Both the position numbers and the translations under genes were made by a program. A stretch of DNA of 64,000 bases from Polaribacter sp. (GTDB lineage Bacteria > Bacteroidota > Bacteroidia > Flavobacteriales > Flavobacteriaceae). The notes beneath the pieces were generated by a model that was not told the origin of the DNA, did no database searches, and saw nothing but the letters and a program-made list of their open reading frames with translations. The stretch spans positions 5,270 through 69,269 of the forward strand of contig JBELGW010000009.1 in the NCBI GenBank assembly GCA_042091715.1, in the 5' to 3' direction. Of this stretch, positions 28,180 through 37,851 are shown one piece after another; within the stretch, counting starts at the first letter, position 1; each line of letters begins with the position of its first letter.

Positions 28180-29799
28180 ATGAAAAAATTAGTGTTGTTT
28201 TTTTTGCTGATTTCATCAACGATCACCATCGCACAAGAATCTGTAGATGTGAATCTGAGTAGCCCGAACGCCACCATTTATACACATCTCTATTTTTTAC
28301 AGGCAGACTCATACGAGCCCGCGAAAGCGGCCAAGGTAATTCCGCCAAGTGCGTCAAAGAATCCTGAGAAATCTGCCTTGATGCTAAAACAACTATTGGA
28401 CGGAAAAGGACTTCTCGTTGATTTCAATACCATTTCCAAAGATGCAAATTATAAAGACACCATAACCAATACCAATCTTCATAAATATGTCTTGTTTCCT
28501 GTGAAAATGCCATTAATTTCTGTAGAAAAAATAGGAGGTAATTGGTATTATTCGACAGAGACGCTGCGCAATTTAGAGCAGCTATACAACGATGTGTTTC
28601 CATGGTATGTGTTAAAGATAGAAGCACTCATTCCAAGTGAGGGCCATCATAAAATAATTGGTGTTGAGGTATGGAAGTTGATAGGATTACTCATTTTATT
28701 GGGTTTGAGTTATGTACTTCACGTAATTTCAAAGCGATTGATTTATGTTATTTTACGAAAAATTCACAATGGCATCGTAAAGCACAGCGGAGATGAAATC
28801 GCGCAGGTGTTGAAGAAATTGGCCCATCCGATCAGTTTGTTAATTGCCTTGGCATTTGTAGAGAAGCTGTTTCCTTCCCTTTTATTTGATCTCAAAATCA
28901 ATACATGGGTTTTATTGGGCTTAGAAATTGCAGCTACTGTTTTTTGGATCTATGTGTTTTTAAAGCTTGTACGAGTGGTGATGTATATGTATGCAGAGTT
29001 TACCGCCAAAACACATGGGAAGTTAGACAATCAATTGGTGCCTATATTGAACAATTTTTTAACAGGTATTGTGCTTTTTGTAGGAGTTCTCAACATGCTT
29101 ACCTTATTTGGAATTGACGCCAGAACGGTTATTGCAGGAGCTTCTATTGGTGGTTTGGCAGTGGCATTGGCATCCCAAGATACCGTAAAAAACCTGATTG
29201 GTACATTCATGATTTTCTTAGACAAACCATTTCATATTGGTGATTGGATTGAGGCAGGTGAAGTGGTTGGTTCCGTAGAAGAAGTAGGTTTTCGTTCTTC
29301 TCGAATTAGAGCAGTAGATACTTCAATCTATCAAATTCCGAATAGTAAATTATCAGAATTGGTCATTAATAACAAAGGTTTGCGCTTGTACAGACGTTAC
29401 AACACCAAATTAGGACTGCGTTATGATACACCACCAGCATTGATTGAAGCCTTTGTAAAGGGTGTTCGTGAGCTCATCATTGTACATCCCGAAACACGAT
29501 CAGAGTCGTATAACGTAGAGTTTACCGGGTTTGGAGATTCTGCTTTATTGATTATGGTAAATGTCTATTTCAAATCATTGGAGTGGGGTACAGAGCAATC
29601 TTCGAAGCATCGATTGCACATTGCAATTGTCAAATTAGCTAAGGAGTTAGGTGTTGATTTTGCATTTCCATCCTCTTCCTTAATCATAGAACAGTTTCCA
29701 GATAAGACAGGCTTGGACATGAAATACAATACTGATCCGAAAAGAATTGATACGGTGATTCAAAATGCGGTAGCTACGTTTCATAAAGACGGCCCATAG
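28180..29799 (+). CDS. MscS-family mechanosensitive channel with N-terminal periplasmic domain
   Basis: Signal peptide, several TM helices, GGLAVALASQDTVKNL, DKPFHIGDWI, VEEVGFRSSRIR, IPNS, GVDFAFPS. Start moved to MKKLVLFF. Confidence 0.92.
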   Translation: MKKLVLFFLLISSTITIAQESVDVNLSSPNATIYTHLYFLQADSYEPAKAAKVIPPSASKNPEKSALMLKQLLDGKGLLVDFNTISKDANYKDTITNTNLHKYVLFPVKMPLISVEKIGGNWYYSTETLRNLEQLYNDVFPWYVLKIEALIPSEGHHKIIGVEVWKLIGLLILLGLSYVLHVISKRLIYVILRKIHNGIVKHSGDEIAQVLKKLAHPISLLIALAFVEKLFPSLLFDLKINTWVLLGLEIAATVFWIYVFLKLVRVVMYMYAEFTAKTHGKLDNQLVPILNNFLTGIVLFVGVLNMLTLFGIDARTVIAGASIGGLAVALASQDTVKNLIGTFMIFLDKPFHIGDWIEAGEVVGSVEEVGFRSSRIRAVDTSIYQIPNSKLSELVINNKGLRLYRRYNTKLGLRYDTPPALIEAFVKGVRELIIVHPETRSESYNVEFTGFGDSALLIMVNVYFKSLEWGTEQSSKHRLHIAIVKLAKELGVDFAFPSSSLIIEQFPDKTGLDMKYNTDPKRIDTVIQNAVATFHKDGP

Positions 29800-30405
29800 A
29801 GACGTTTTTAAACATCACTTCATTCAAAAGAAATGGATGAGTTGACAATTGGGCTTTTTTTGAATTGGGTCATAGATGCAGGGTCTTCAGAATAAAAAAG
29901 TGTCTGAAGCTTCAGTGCAGCATCGCATGCTTTCCGAAGAGAGCTAGATCTCTTCAGAAAAAACATCATTGCTATGTTGAATTATGAAATTCCTATTTTT
30001 TGAAAGTATCGAAAATGCACTGTCTATTGCCTGCATCATGTCCGAGCTTTCATGAAGAGAAAACTTGATGAAAAAATGAGGGGTGTTTTATAGCTTGGCA
30101 GTCAATTATTGATGTTGTTTGTGTAGTTGTAAGATTTTTTGTTGCCTAAATTTGTGAAATACGATGTAGTTTTTTGCATCTGCGCTAGATAGATGAATCA
30201 TAGATGATGTACTTTGTTATGTTTCATGTGGCATATATATCGTCTTTTGATAGCCCTTCAATCTTAGATTTGGTCAGCAGTCTAATCAGATGTGCCCTTC
30301 GGTGCATTTCATTTTGTGAGCATCTTATTTATCTTTGGTTGTTTAGGTATGGATGAGACGAGAAGTGTTGTCTCAGAGGCTTTAAACCGGTTACTGTCTT
30401 CTAAT

Positions 30406-30434
30406 AAAAAAGACCACTCTGAGAGCGGTCTTTT
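30406..30434 (-). terminator. Intrinsic terminator after the zinc metalloprotease
   Basis: Minus strand reads GACCGCTC-TCA-GAGTGGTC-TTTTTT. Confidence 0.8.
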
Positions 30435-30458
30435 CAATAGGATACGAAATGATATTAC

Positions 30459-32963
30459 TTATTTAGGATCTACAATAGCATCAATTCGTTCTACAATATC
30501 TTGCAAGTGATATTTTGTAATTGTGTTAGGTGCAGCTGCAATGGCTCTTTTGGCATTGGCTTTAATTCTTGTTAATTCACCTCTTACAATCGGTTTTACA
30601 TCAGATAAACTTGCATTGAAGCCTGTTGCCTTGAAATAACCAGCATTTGCAGCACTTTGACTCTTGGCTTTCATCAAGCTCCCAAGCTGATCTATGTGCG
30701 CTCTTTGCAGATTTCTTCGATACACATCGATGGATCTGTTCGAAGGCAATTCAGACCAAACACCTCTACGTAAATCGCCCATTAAGGTTAAGATCGTATA
30801 CGCTTTTGATCCGTTTAATGTTTGGTTTTCAATCATTCTTGTCAAACGTCCTTTCTTTAGGATTCTGCGTAATGCACCACTTTGCATGGCCATAATTTGA
30901 TCTGCATGACCAGAAAAATTGGTTTTGCTAATGATGTCTTTGTCAATCATCCAAGTAGGCGTGGTAAACAAGTGTTTGTTAATGAATCTAAAGGCATTTC
31001 TTTGGTGCTCTTTATGCACATGTGTATACACAGCACCTTCTTGATCTGAGGTTTTAAAATCTTCGTAAACCCCACCAATATTAGATCCAACATGCCCTAT
31101 ATAGCGATTCAAATGACACAGTACTTGTCCGTACATGGTTTTTAGTTCACTGTAGTTCTCACCTTTTTCATTGGTCCATTCTTGCAATCTAGGTAAAATT
31201 CTCTTTAAGTTTTTAATACCGTAATCGCTCGCTTTTACAGCATCATCACCTAAGTCTTCTGTTTGAGAACTTGGGTCGATTACATTGATGACTTGTTGGT
31301 GTCCAAAACGGTAATAAGGATCTCCTGCATGCTTTAAAATCCAGCTGTCTAAGGTTTCTTTTTCTTCCTCAGCTGTTTTATCTAAAATAGGACGGTATCC
31401 CCAGTTAATGGAATATTTGTCATACACACCAATGTTTGGCATCAGTGCAACCCCTTTGTCTTCTGGTTGTGCAACATAATTGAAACGTGCATAATCCATA
31501 ATAGAAGGTGCTGTTCCAAACTTTTTTGTAAACGTAGCAGAGCGCAAAGAATCTACCGGATAGGCTGCAGAACTTCCCATGTTATGAGGAAGTCCGAGCG
31601 TGTGTCCTAATTCATGAGAAGACACAAACTTAATCAGTTCTCCCATTACTTCAGTTTTGAAGTTGTTTGATCTTGCTTCCGGATTGATGGCAGCAGTTTG
31701 AATAAAGAACCAGTTGTGCAATAAAGACATGACATTGTGGTACCAGTTGATATCAGATTCTAAAATTTCTCCCGAACGAGGATCACTTACGTGAGGTCCG
31801 TTGGCATTTGGAATTGGAGAAGCCAAGTAACGAATTACAGAATAACGCACATCTTCTGGACTATATTCAGGATCTTCTTCTTGTGTAGGTGCTCTCTTTC
31901 CAACAATGGCGTTTTTAAAACCAGCAGCTTCAAAAGCAACTTGCCAGTCATTCACACCTTGAATAATGAAAGGAACCCATTCTTCGGGAGTCGCTCTATC
32001 TACATAATACACAATCTGCTCTTTAGGTTCAACAAGTTCTCCTCTTTTAAACTTTTCAATATCTTCCTCTTTGACCTCCAATCGATACCGATCTAAATAG
32101 GTCACTGTTTTACTTTTTTGCGCTGCTTGTCCATAGTCTGTTTGCGATCTTGCAAACCATCCAACTCTTTCGTCAAAATAACGACGCTTCATAGGTACTT
32201 TAGGCAATAAGATCATGGAGTTGCTCATTTCTAAAGAAATAGAGCCTACGTTGCTATTAGAAGGAGCTTTGTTTGCAAAATACGTCTTTACATGTCTCAC
32301 TTCAATATTCTGAGGATAGCTGCTCACTCTTTCAATATAAGAACGTGCCTTGTCTAGACGAGTAACCTGGTATCTTTTTCTGCTTCTCGATGGAAACCCC
32401 AATGGTTTTACATCCGTGTCATATAAAGAGGTCGCGTCTACTACAGTTGCGGTAGAATCTTTGCTAAATGCTTTGATTGGAAATGAAAATAGAATCGGTT
32501 CAAAGTTAGAGTTGACAACCGCTTCGTGAACAGGGAGGTCTTTGTCAGCGACAACATTGTGAGATACAATGCGTAACAAAACTCTTTTTTCTTTTTTCTC
32601 CCAACGGAGTACTTGTTCATTTTGTTTTCCACCGCCAAAGCCAATGCCGTTCGCTGTTTTTGCAATACGAGTAACCATCAACATTTCTCTACCGATCAAA
32701 GAATCTGGTATTTCAAATAGGTATTTTTCGTCTTTTGTGTGTACGTCAAAAAGACCTTTGTCTGTTTTGTGGTCTTTGGTAACTACTTTTGCATAGGGCT
32801 GAATGCCTCCTTTTTTAGGTTTTGGTTTCGGTTTCGCCGCCGGTTTTACGATTTCCTTCGTGTTCTTTTTGCTTTTTCTTCTCTTGCGCTGTGCATCAGC
32901 CTCCATAGAAAATCCAAAAACAACAACAAGAACAAGGATTCTTGAGAGTACTTTTTGTAGCAT
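30459..32963 (-). CDS. Exported zinc-dependent metalloprotease (EcxA-like; DUF5117/DUF5118/DUF4953 architecture)
   Basis: Signal peptide, HELGHTLGLPHN metzincin motif, SIMDY Met-turn, DPRSGEILESDI. Confidence 0.9.
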   Translation of the reverse strand: MLQKVLSRILVLVVVFGFSMEADAQRKRRKSKKNTKEIVKPAAKPKPKPKKGGIQPYAKVVTKDHKTDKGLFDVHTKDEKYLFEIPDSLIGREMLMVTRIAKTANGIGFGGGKQNEQVLRWEKKEKRVLLRIVSHNVVADKDLPVHEAVVNSNFEPILFSFPIKAFSKDSTATVVDATSLYDTDVKPLGFPSRSRKRYQVTRLDKARSYIERVSSYPQNIEVRHVKTYFANKAPSNSNVGSISLEMSNSMILLPKVPMKRRYFDERVGWFARSQTDYGQAAQKSKTVTYLDRYRLEVKEEDIEKFKRGELVEPKEQIVYYVDRATPEEWVPFIIQGVNDWQVAFEAAGFKNAIVGKRAPTQEEDPEYSPEDVRYSVIRYLASPIPNANGPHVSDPRSGEILESDINWYHNVMSLLHNWFFIQTAAINPEARSNNFKTEVMGELIKFVSSHELGHTLGLPHNMGSSAAYPVDSLRSATFTKKFGTAPSIMDYARFNYVAQPEDKGVALMPNIGVYDKYSINWGYRPILDKTAEEEKETLDSWILKHAGDPYYRFGHQQVINVIDPSSQTEDLGDDAVKASDYGIKNLKRILPRLQEWTNEKGENYSELKTMYGQVLCHLNRYIGHVGSNIGGVYEDFKTSDQEGAVYTHVHKEHQRNAFRFINKHLFTTPTWMIDKDIISKTNFSGHADQIMAMQSGALRRILKKGRLTRMIENQTLNGSKAYTILTLMGDLRRGVWSELPSNRSIDVYRRNLQRAHIDQLGSLMKAKSQSAANAGYFKATGFNASLSDVKPIVRGELTRIKANAKRAIAAAPNTITKYHLQDIVERIDAIVDPK

Positions 32964-33048
32964 ATGTATAAATTTTGAATTGATTAAAAATAAGATTTCG
33001 AAATTACTGAATATAAATGCTTAGTTTCTTAAATAAATGTTAAAGCAG

Positions 33049-35247
33049 TTATAAATTGAGCCAATATGAAAGCTTCAAATTGATCGACCTAAAACGTGGA
33101 CTCAATGGAGTATTTGTGTTGTAATTGTCATTGTAGGCAATAAATAGATCTGAAAGCGGCGCAAAGCGCCATTGCAATCTTGAGTTGATTCCTAAGTTTT
33201 GCTCTTGGTTGTTGTATTGTAATAGCGTATTCCAAAATAAACGTTTGTTAAAAGTGATGCTAAATTTCGGTCCGATTAACCAAATAGAGGCTGTTGCATA
33301 GGGGCTTGGAAGTTCTATATAGTTGTAGTTGAGTTCAATGTTTGTTTGGAAATAGGGTTGAATTCGCCAATTAAATCTGCCTTCTATGCTGTACTTTTTA
33401 CCATTGTAAAATGCCCCGAAGGAAGGAGAAAGGTTCAGTGAAAACTCCTTTCTTCGATCCGATTGATAGCTTGCTTCAAAACTTGTATACGCATATCCTT
33501 GATTTCCGGGTAATGGCGTCACACCTGTTCGTGCAGGGTTAAACGAGTCATACAAATAGGTATATCTATTGAACATTGAAAATGAGAGCTCAGAAGCGTT
33601 TTGAAAGCTTCCTGTCCATGAGCTAATAATCACGTAATCTGAATTTTCATAATTTAATGTAGGTCGCCAAATAAAGATAGGAAGTATTGAAAGCGCATGC
33701 TTTTGAAACATCCCTTTTTTTGGATAGCTTGAGTATTCAAAATTCGGGTTTATTTTAAAAAGGTCAGCCCTTCTGATAAAGCCCAAATCTGATCTAAAAT
33801 CATCTTCTATGTACAAGCCACTGAGCCTAATTTTTAAATTCCGACTGTTGTATTCTGTGGAGATCCCTGCAGAGAGGTCGTTTCCATTGCTCGTGGGAGC
33901 GAAAGACTTGTGAATATAATACCGGCCATTCCACGTGTTGTCTTTTGAAGCCAAATTGTAATCGAGACCAATCACCCTATTGAATCGATCTTCCTCTTCT
34001 AAAAAGGAATAGTCTTTCGTGGCTTGTTTATTGATGAATAGGAAATTAATATTCGAGCGGTTAAACACCTTTTGTTGTATGGCAACTACCGCATTGTTGG
34101 TTGCTGGAATTTCGTTGGGGATGTCCTCTTCGGTTTGCACATTGAGAATTCCTAAACGCAAGTTATTATTTACTTTACCACTCAAACGAGCTCCTGCAAC
34201 AATTCCATTTTCAATAGAATTTCCGTCTTTGTCTTTTGCAATACCTATTCTTCTTGAGAAAAAAGGATTGCCATCTCTGCTATTTCCAAAGTCTCCAAAT
34301 AAATCACTATTTTCAATAAAAAATTGACGTCGTTCTGGCAATGAAATTTCAAAACGTGTGAGGTTTGTTTGTTGCTGATCTACTTCTACTTGAGAGAAGT
34401 CTGGATTTAGTGTAAGGTCTAAATTCATGCTACTTCCAATGGCAAACTTAGCATCTCCACCAACGTTGACAGCGTTCATTGAGGTATTGGTTTCAAAGTC
34501 TTTTCCAGAAAAAGCATTGACATAAGGGATGATTGCAACGGGGGCTTTTGATTTTCCTAGTGGTTTTTCAAAAATCATGTCACCCATATATGCCAAGCTA
34601 AAAATCCACTGGTTTTGTGGGATGTTCATCCAAGTGTTTCGTTCATTGCTTTGGGTGTCGAATTGGTAACTGTTAAAACGCCATTTTTTGGTGCCTTCTC
34701 TATACTTAAAAGCCGTTAACGGAATGGCAATTTCTGCGATATAATAGTTGTCATGAATGCTTGTTTCGCAGACCCATTTGGTATCCCAAGCCAAGTTGAA
34801 TCCTTTTAAATTTGTTCCACCACCAGAGAGCAGTGCCTCTCGTTGCACACCTGCAGGATTTGTTCCAAAGAAAAAGGCATTAGAACCATCGTTAAAGGTG
34901 TCAAAAAGGAACGAGATATTATCATTTCCGGAAGCTCTGAAGTCTCTTTTTAGAGAGGGTACGATGTACTTATTACCGGCTGAGTTTACCTGAACGCCTA
35001 TGTATAAATGCGTCTTGTCAAAGAGCATTTTTATGGTTGTTTGATTTTTTGTTTGTGCTGTATCTGTGGGAAAATATTGCCAAAAGTTAGAAGTTGATTT
35101 CGCTTCTTTCCAATCTGTTTCATCAAGTACTCCGTCAATTTTAAGCTTGTTTGTGGAGTATTTTACATACACTTTTTTCGACACTTGTGCTTTCGCGAGT
35201 AGGGTGCTTAAGGCAAAAATAATGAGAAAATAACTTTTCAAGATCAA
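33049..35247 (-). CDS. DUF5916-type protein with N-terminal CBM9-like domain
   Basis: IDGVLDETDW CBM9-like start, DLTLNPDFSQVEVD, LPERRQFFIEN, FFSRRIG; barrel-like C-terminus ending YWLNL. Confidence 0.8.
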   Translation of the reverse strand: MILKSYFLIIFALSTLLAKAQVSKKVYVKYSTNKLKIDGVLDETDWKEAKSTSNFWQYFPTDTAQTKNQTTIKMLFDKTHLYIGVQVNSAGNKYIVPSLKRDFRASGNDNISFLFDTFNDGSNAFFFGTNPAGVQREALLSGGGTNLKGFNLAWDTKWVCETSIHDNYYIAEIAIPLTAFKYREGTKKWRFNSYQFDTQSNERNTWMNIPQNQWIFSLAYMGDMIFEKPLGKSKAPVAIIPYVNAFSGKDFETNTSMNAVNVGGDAKFAIGSSMNLDLTLNPDFSQVEVDQQQTNLTRFEISLPERRQFFIENSDLFGDFGNSRDGNPFFSRRIGIAKDKDGNSIENGIVAGARLSGKVNNNLRLGILNVQTEEDIPNEIPATNNAVVAIQQKVFNRSNINFLFINKQATKDYSFLEEEDRFNRVIGLDYNLASKDNTWNGRYYIHKSFAPTSNGNDLSAGISTEYNSRNLKIRLSGLYIEDDFRSDLGFIRRADLFKINPNFEYSSYPKKGMFQKHALSILPIFIWRPTLNYENSDYVIISSWTGSFQNASELSFSMFNRYTYLYDSFNPARTGVTPLPGNQGYAYTSFEASYQSDRRKEFSLNLSPSFGAFYNGKKYSIEGRFNWRIQPYFQTNIELNYNYIELPSPYATASIWLIGPKFSITFNKRLFWNTLLQYNNQEQNLGINSRLQWRFAPLSDLFIAYNDNYNTNTPLSPRFRSINLKLSYWLNL

Positions 35248-35300
35248 CTATTTTGATGCTTTAAAGATACTCATAATAGGACGAAATATTTTGTTAAAAA

Positions 35301-36248
35301 TTACAATTGCGAAAACAAAAAATCCCGAATCTCTATTTCACAAGAAATACAGGTTTTAAAGGCGTCTTGCTCACCGCCATTGATTGTTTTTAGTACGCTA
35401 TGTAATCCTATATTGTTGGCGTGTTCATGTAAAACCCCTGAGCCATTCGTCCAAATTTCTGTATTATCTACAACCCCATTTAGATATGGAACCACCAGGT
35501 CTTGTGTACCGTGAATGCTGAATAGCACAGGTTCATTTGTTTCGATGATGTTTTTATCAAAGAGCGCTCCAGAAATATTAATGACCCCTTTTACTTGAGA
35601 AGAGAAGTCCGGATTACCGCTATTTCCCTCAAGGCCTCCTTTCTCATTGATATAGTCTAGAAAGTCCGTGCCACCAATACTCCGTATCTCTGTGTCGCTG
35701 CTTAGGTAAGCATAATGCAATGCGGTAATGGCTCCGGCAGAGTATCCTCCAATAAAGATGTTGTTCGGGTCAATATGATACACATTGGTTGTGCTTGCAT
35801 CTTTATTAAAAAAGCGCACCGCTGCTTTCATATCAACTACCGCGTTTATGACTGCACGTTTATAGGTGATTTTTGTTTGTGTTTCATCTAACAATCTATA
35901 GTTGATAGCTGCCACAACATAGCCTGCTTTTGCTAAAAAAGAAGCTGTTTTTTCTAGGTCAGATTTATCTCCGCTTCTAAAATTTTCTCCGTGAGCTAAT
36001 ACAATGAGTGGTCTCTTTGTTTGGATATCATTTTTGGGCTCATAAAAATCCAGAGACAATCCAACAGTACTTCCTCCTTGCGTAACATTATCTCCATATC
36101 GTATGTTTTTTGTAGCGGTAATGCTTTCAAAAATCTGACTATTGTATCTTGCTAAATTGTCAGCTTGATTGATATAGTTGATGTCACTTTCTGAACATGA
36201 TAGGAACAGCAAGAATGAAAAACTGAAGAGTGTGATGTTGCGAATCAT
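35301..36248 (-). CDS. Alpha/beta hydrolase-fold lipoprotein (esterase/lipase-like)
   Basis: Lipobox FLSC, nucleophile elbow GYSAG, INYRL, HGTQDLVVP. Oxyanion and catalytic His positions look altered. Confidence 0.8.
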   Translation of the reverse strand: MIRNITLFSFSFLLFLSCSESDINYINQADNLARYNSQIFESITATKNIRYGDNVTQGGSTVGLSLDFYEPKNDIQTKRPLIVLAHGENFRSGDKSDLEKTASFLAKAGYVVAAINYRLLDETQTKITYKRAVINAVVDMKAAVRFFNKDASTTNVYHIDPNNIFIGGYSAGAITALHYAYLSSDTEIRSIGGTDFLDYINEKGGLEGNSGNPDFSSQVKGVINISGALFDKNIIETNEPVLFSIHGTQDLVVPYLNGVVDNTEIWTNGSGVLHEHANNIGLHSVLKTINGGEQDAFKTCISCEIEIRDFLFSQL

Positions 36249-36330
36249 AATGAATAAACGAATCAATAATGTAAATGGTATGCGCACTCAAAAATAAAGT
36301 AACTTATTGATTTACCACAATAATCTCTCG

Positions 36331-37749
36331 TTATTCTTTCGAAATATTTTCAATCATGCCGCTAAATATCACGCCGTGAAAGGGATAAACGACATACCAA
36401 TATAGTCTACCCCAAACTCCTTTAGGTCTAAACGTAGCGGTTTGATATAAGGTGTTATTTTCTATTTTAAATTCGAGCCATGCTTCTCCGGGTAACTTCA
36501 TTTCTGCAAAAAGTAACAAACGCCCCTCTTGTCTGTTGGCATAGAGCACTCTCCAAAAATCAACTGCATCACCGGCCTCAATTTTAGAGGGATGTGTTCT
36601 TCCTCTTCGCAAGCCTACCCCGCCAACTAATTTGTCCATGAGCCCTCTGATTTTCCAAAGAATGTTGGCTTTGTACCAACCATTTTCTCCTCCAATTTTC
36701 CAAATATTATCTCTGCACTTTTCGAAATTCGAAATACCAATTGATTTTTTATCTCTAAAGCAACCATATTCTGGAATGTTGATGAAGTTTGAAATGTTCA
36801 TGGTAAGGTTTCCACTGACAAAAGAATCTTTCCAACTCGAAACAATCTCATTGCTTTTTATTTTTGTAAAAGCTCTTTTTAAGGCTTCTTTGTAGGGAAG
36901 GTTTTCAATCTGAATGAATTGCTTGATGTCATGATTTCGCACAACCACTTCTACTTTCATACTATTGACAAGTGCACATGCTAATTTATAAGAGGTTGAT
37001 GTCACAAAATACAACCAATAGGAAGAAAGTCTTGGGGTCATAACAGGCACGGTATAAATGCTTCTGGGCAGACCTCTAACCTCGGCAAAGTCAAGAAGCA
37101 TTTGCTTGTAGCTGAGAATATCTGGCCCTCCAATATCAAAATTTTTATCATACAAATCTTCGTGAAACAAGGTGTCTGTGAGTAATTTAATTACATCAGC
37201 GATTCCAATAGGTTGGCATCTGGTGAGGAGCCATTTGGGGGCTACCATAATTGGGAGTTTTTCTACCAAGTCTCTAATGATCTCAAAAGAGGCGCTCCCC
37301 GAGCCAATAATAATTCCAGCACGCAAGGTGGTAAGTTTGTAGTTGCTAGCTTCAAGTTCTTGCTCTACCTTCTTCCGGGAGGTTAAATGCTTCGATAATT
37401 CTTTTTGATTGACAATTCCACTCAGATAAACAACATGCTGAATCTTGGTTCGTTGCAGTGCTTGTTTAAAGTTGATGGCTGATTGCTGTTCTAATTCGGC
37501 ATAATTTTTTGCAGAACTCATCGAGTGCACGAGGTAGTAGGCACCATCGATATCTGTTGGAATTTTCTTTAAAGATTCTCGATCGAGCAAATCGAGTTGA
37601 ACCACTGAAATGTAGGGAAGAAGCGAGCTCGGTGGGTTGAAACGATTGGTGTCTCGGACACAGCAAATCACATGATGTCCTTGTTGAACAAGCACAGGTA
37701 ATAGTCTTTTGCCAATATATCCAGTCGCTCCTGTTAAGAGGATTTTCAT
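36331..37749 (-). CDS. Atypical SDR (NAD(P)-binding) oxidoreductase with C-terminal DUF2867
   Basis: LLTGATGYIG, AYYLVHSM, LRAGIIIGSGSASFE; C-terminal FAEMKLPGEAWLEF. Confidence 0.88.
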   Translation of the reverse strand: MKILLTGATGYIGKRLLPVLVQQGHHVICCVRDTNRFNPPSSLLPYISVVQLDLLDRESLKKIPTDIDGAYYLVHSMSSAKNYAELEQQSAINFKQALQRTKIQHVVYLSGIVNQKELSKHLTSRKKVEQELEASNYKLTTLRAGIIIGSGSASFEIIRDLVEKLPIMVAPKWLLTRCQPIGIADVIKLLTDTLFHEDLYDKNFDIGGPDILSYKQMLLDFAEVRGLPRSIYTVPVMTPRLSSYWLYFVTSTSYKLACALVNSMKVEVVVRNHDIKQFIQIENLPYKEALKRAFTKIKSNEIVSSWKDSFVSGNLTMNISNFINIPEYGCFRDKKSIGISNFEKCRDNIWKIGGENGWYKANILWKIRGLMDKLVGGVGLRRGRTHPSKIEAGDAVDFWRVLYANRQEGRLLLFAEMKLPGEAWLEFKIENNTLYQTATFRPKGVWGRLYWYVVYPFHGVIFSGMIENISKE

Positions 37750-37770
37750 CTAGTGGTTTTCTATAAAGAT

Positions 37771-37802
37771 AAAAAAAAGGAGTCACATTGCTGTAACTCC
37801 TT
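37771..37802 (-). terminator. Intrinsic terminator after lysS
   Basis: Minus strand reads GGAGTTACA-GCAA-TGTGACTCC-T8. Confidence 0.85.
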
Positions 37803-37851
37803 ATTAAATATCTTATTTTTTTGGATTCTGAATACTACTCAGTAAGCACAA

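Noticed and set aside
30292-30510. 72-aa plus-strand ORF in the large spacer
   Set aside because: It runs through the metalloprotease terminator into that gene's antisense strand and has no motif or promoter support.
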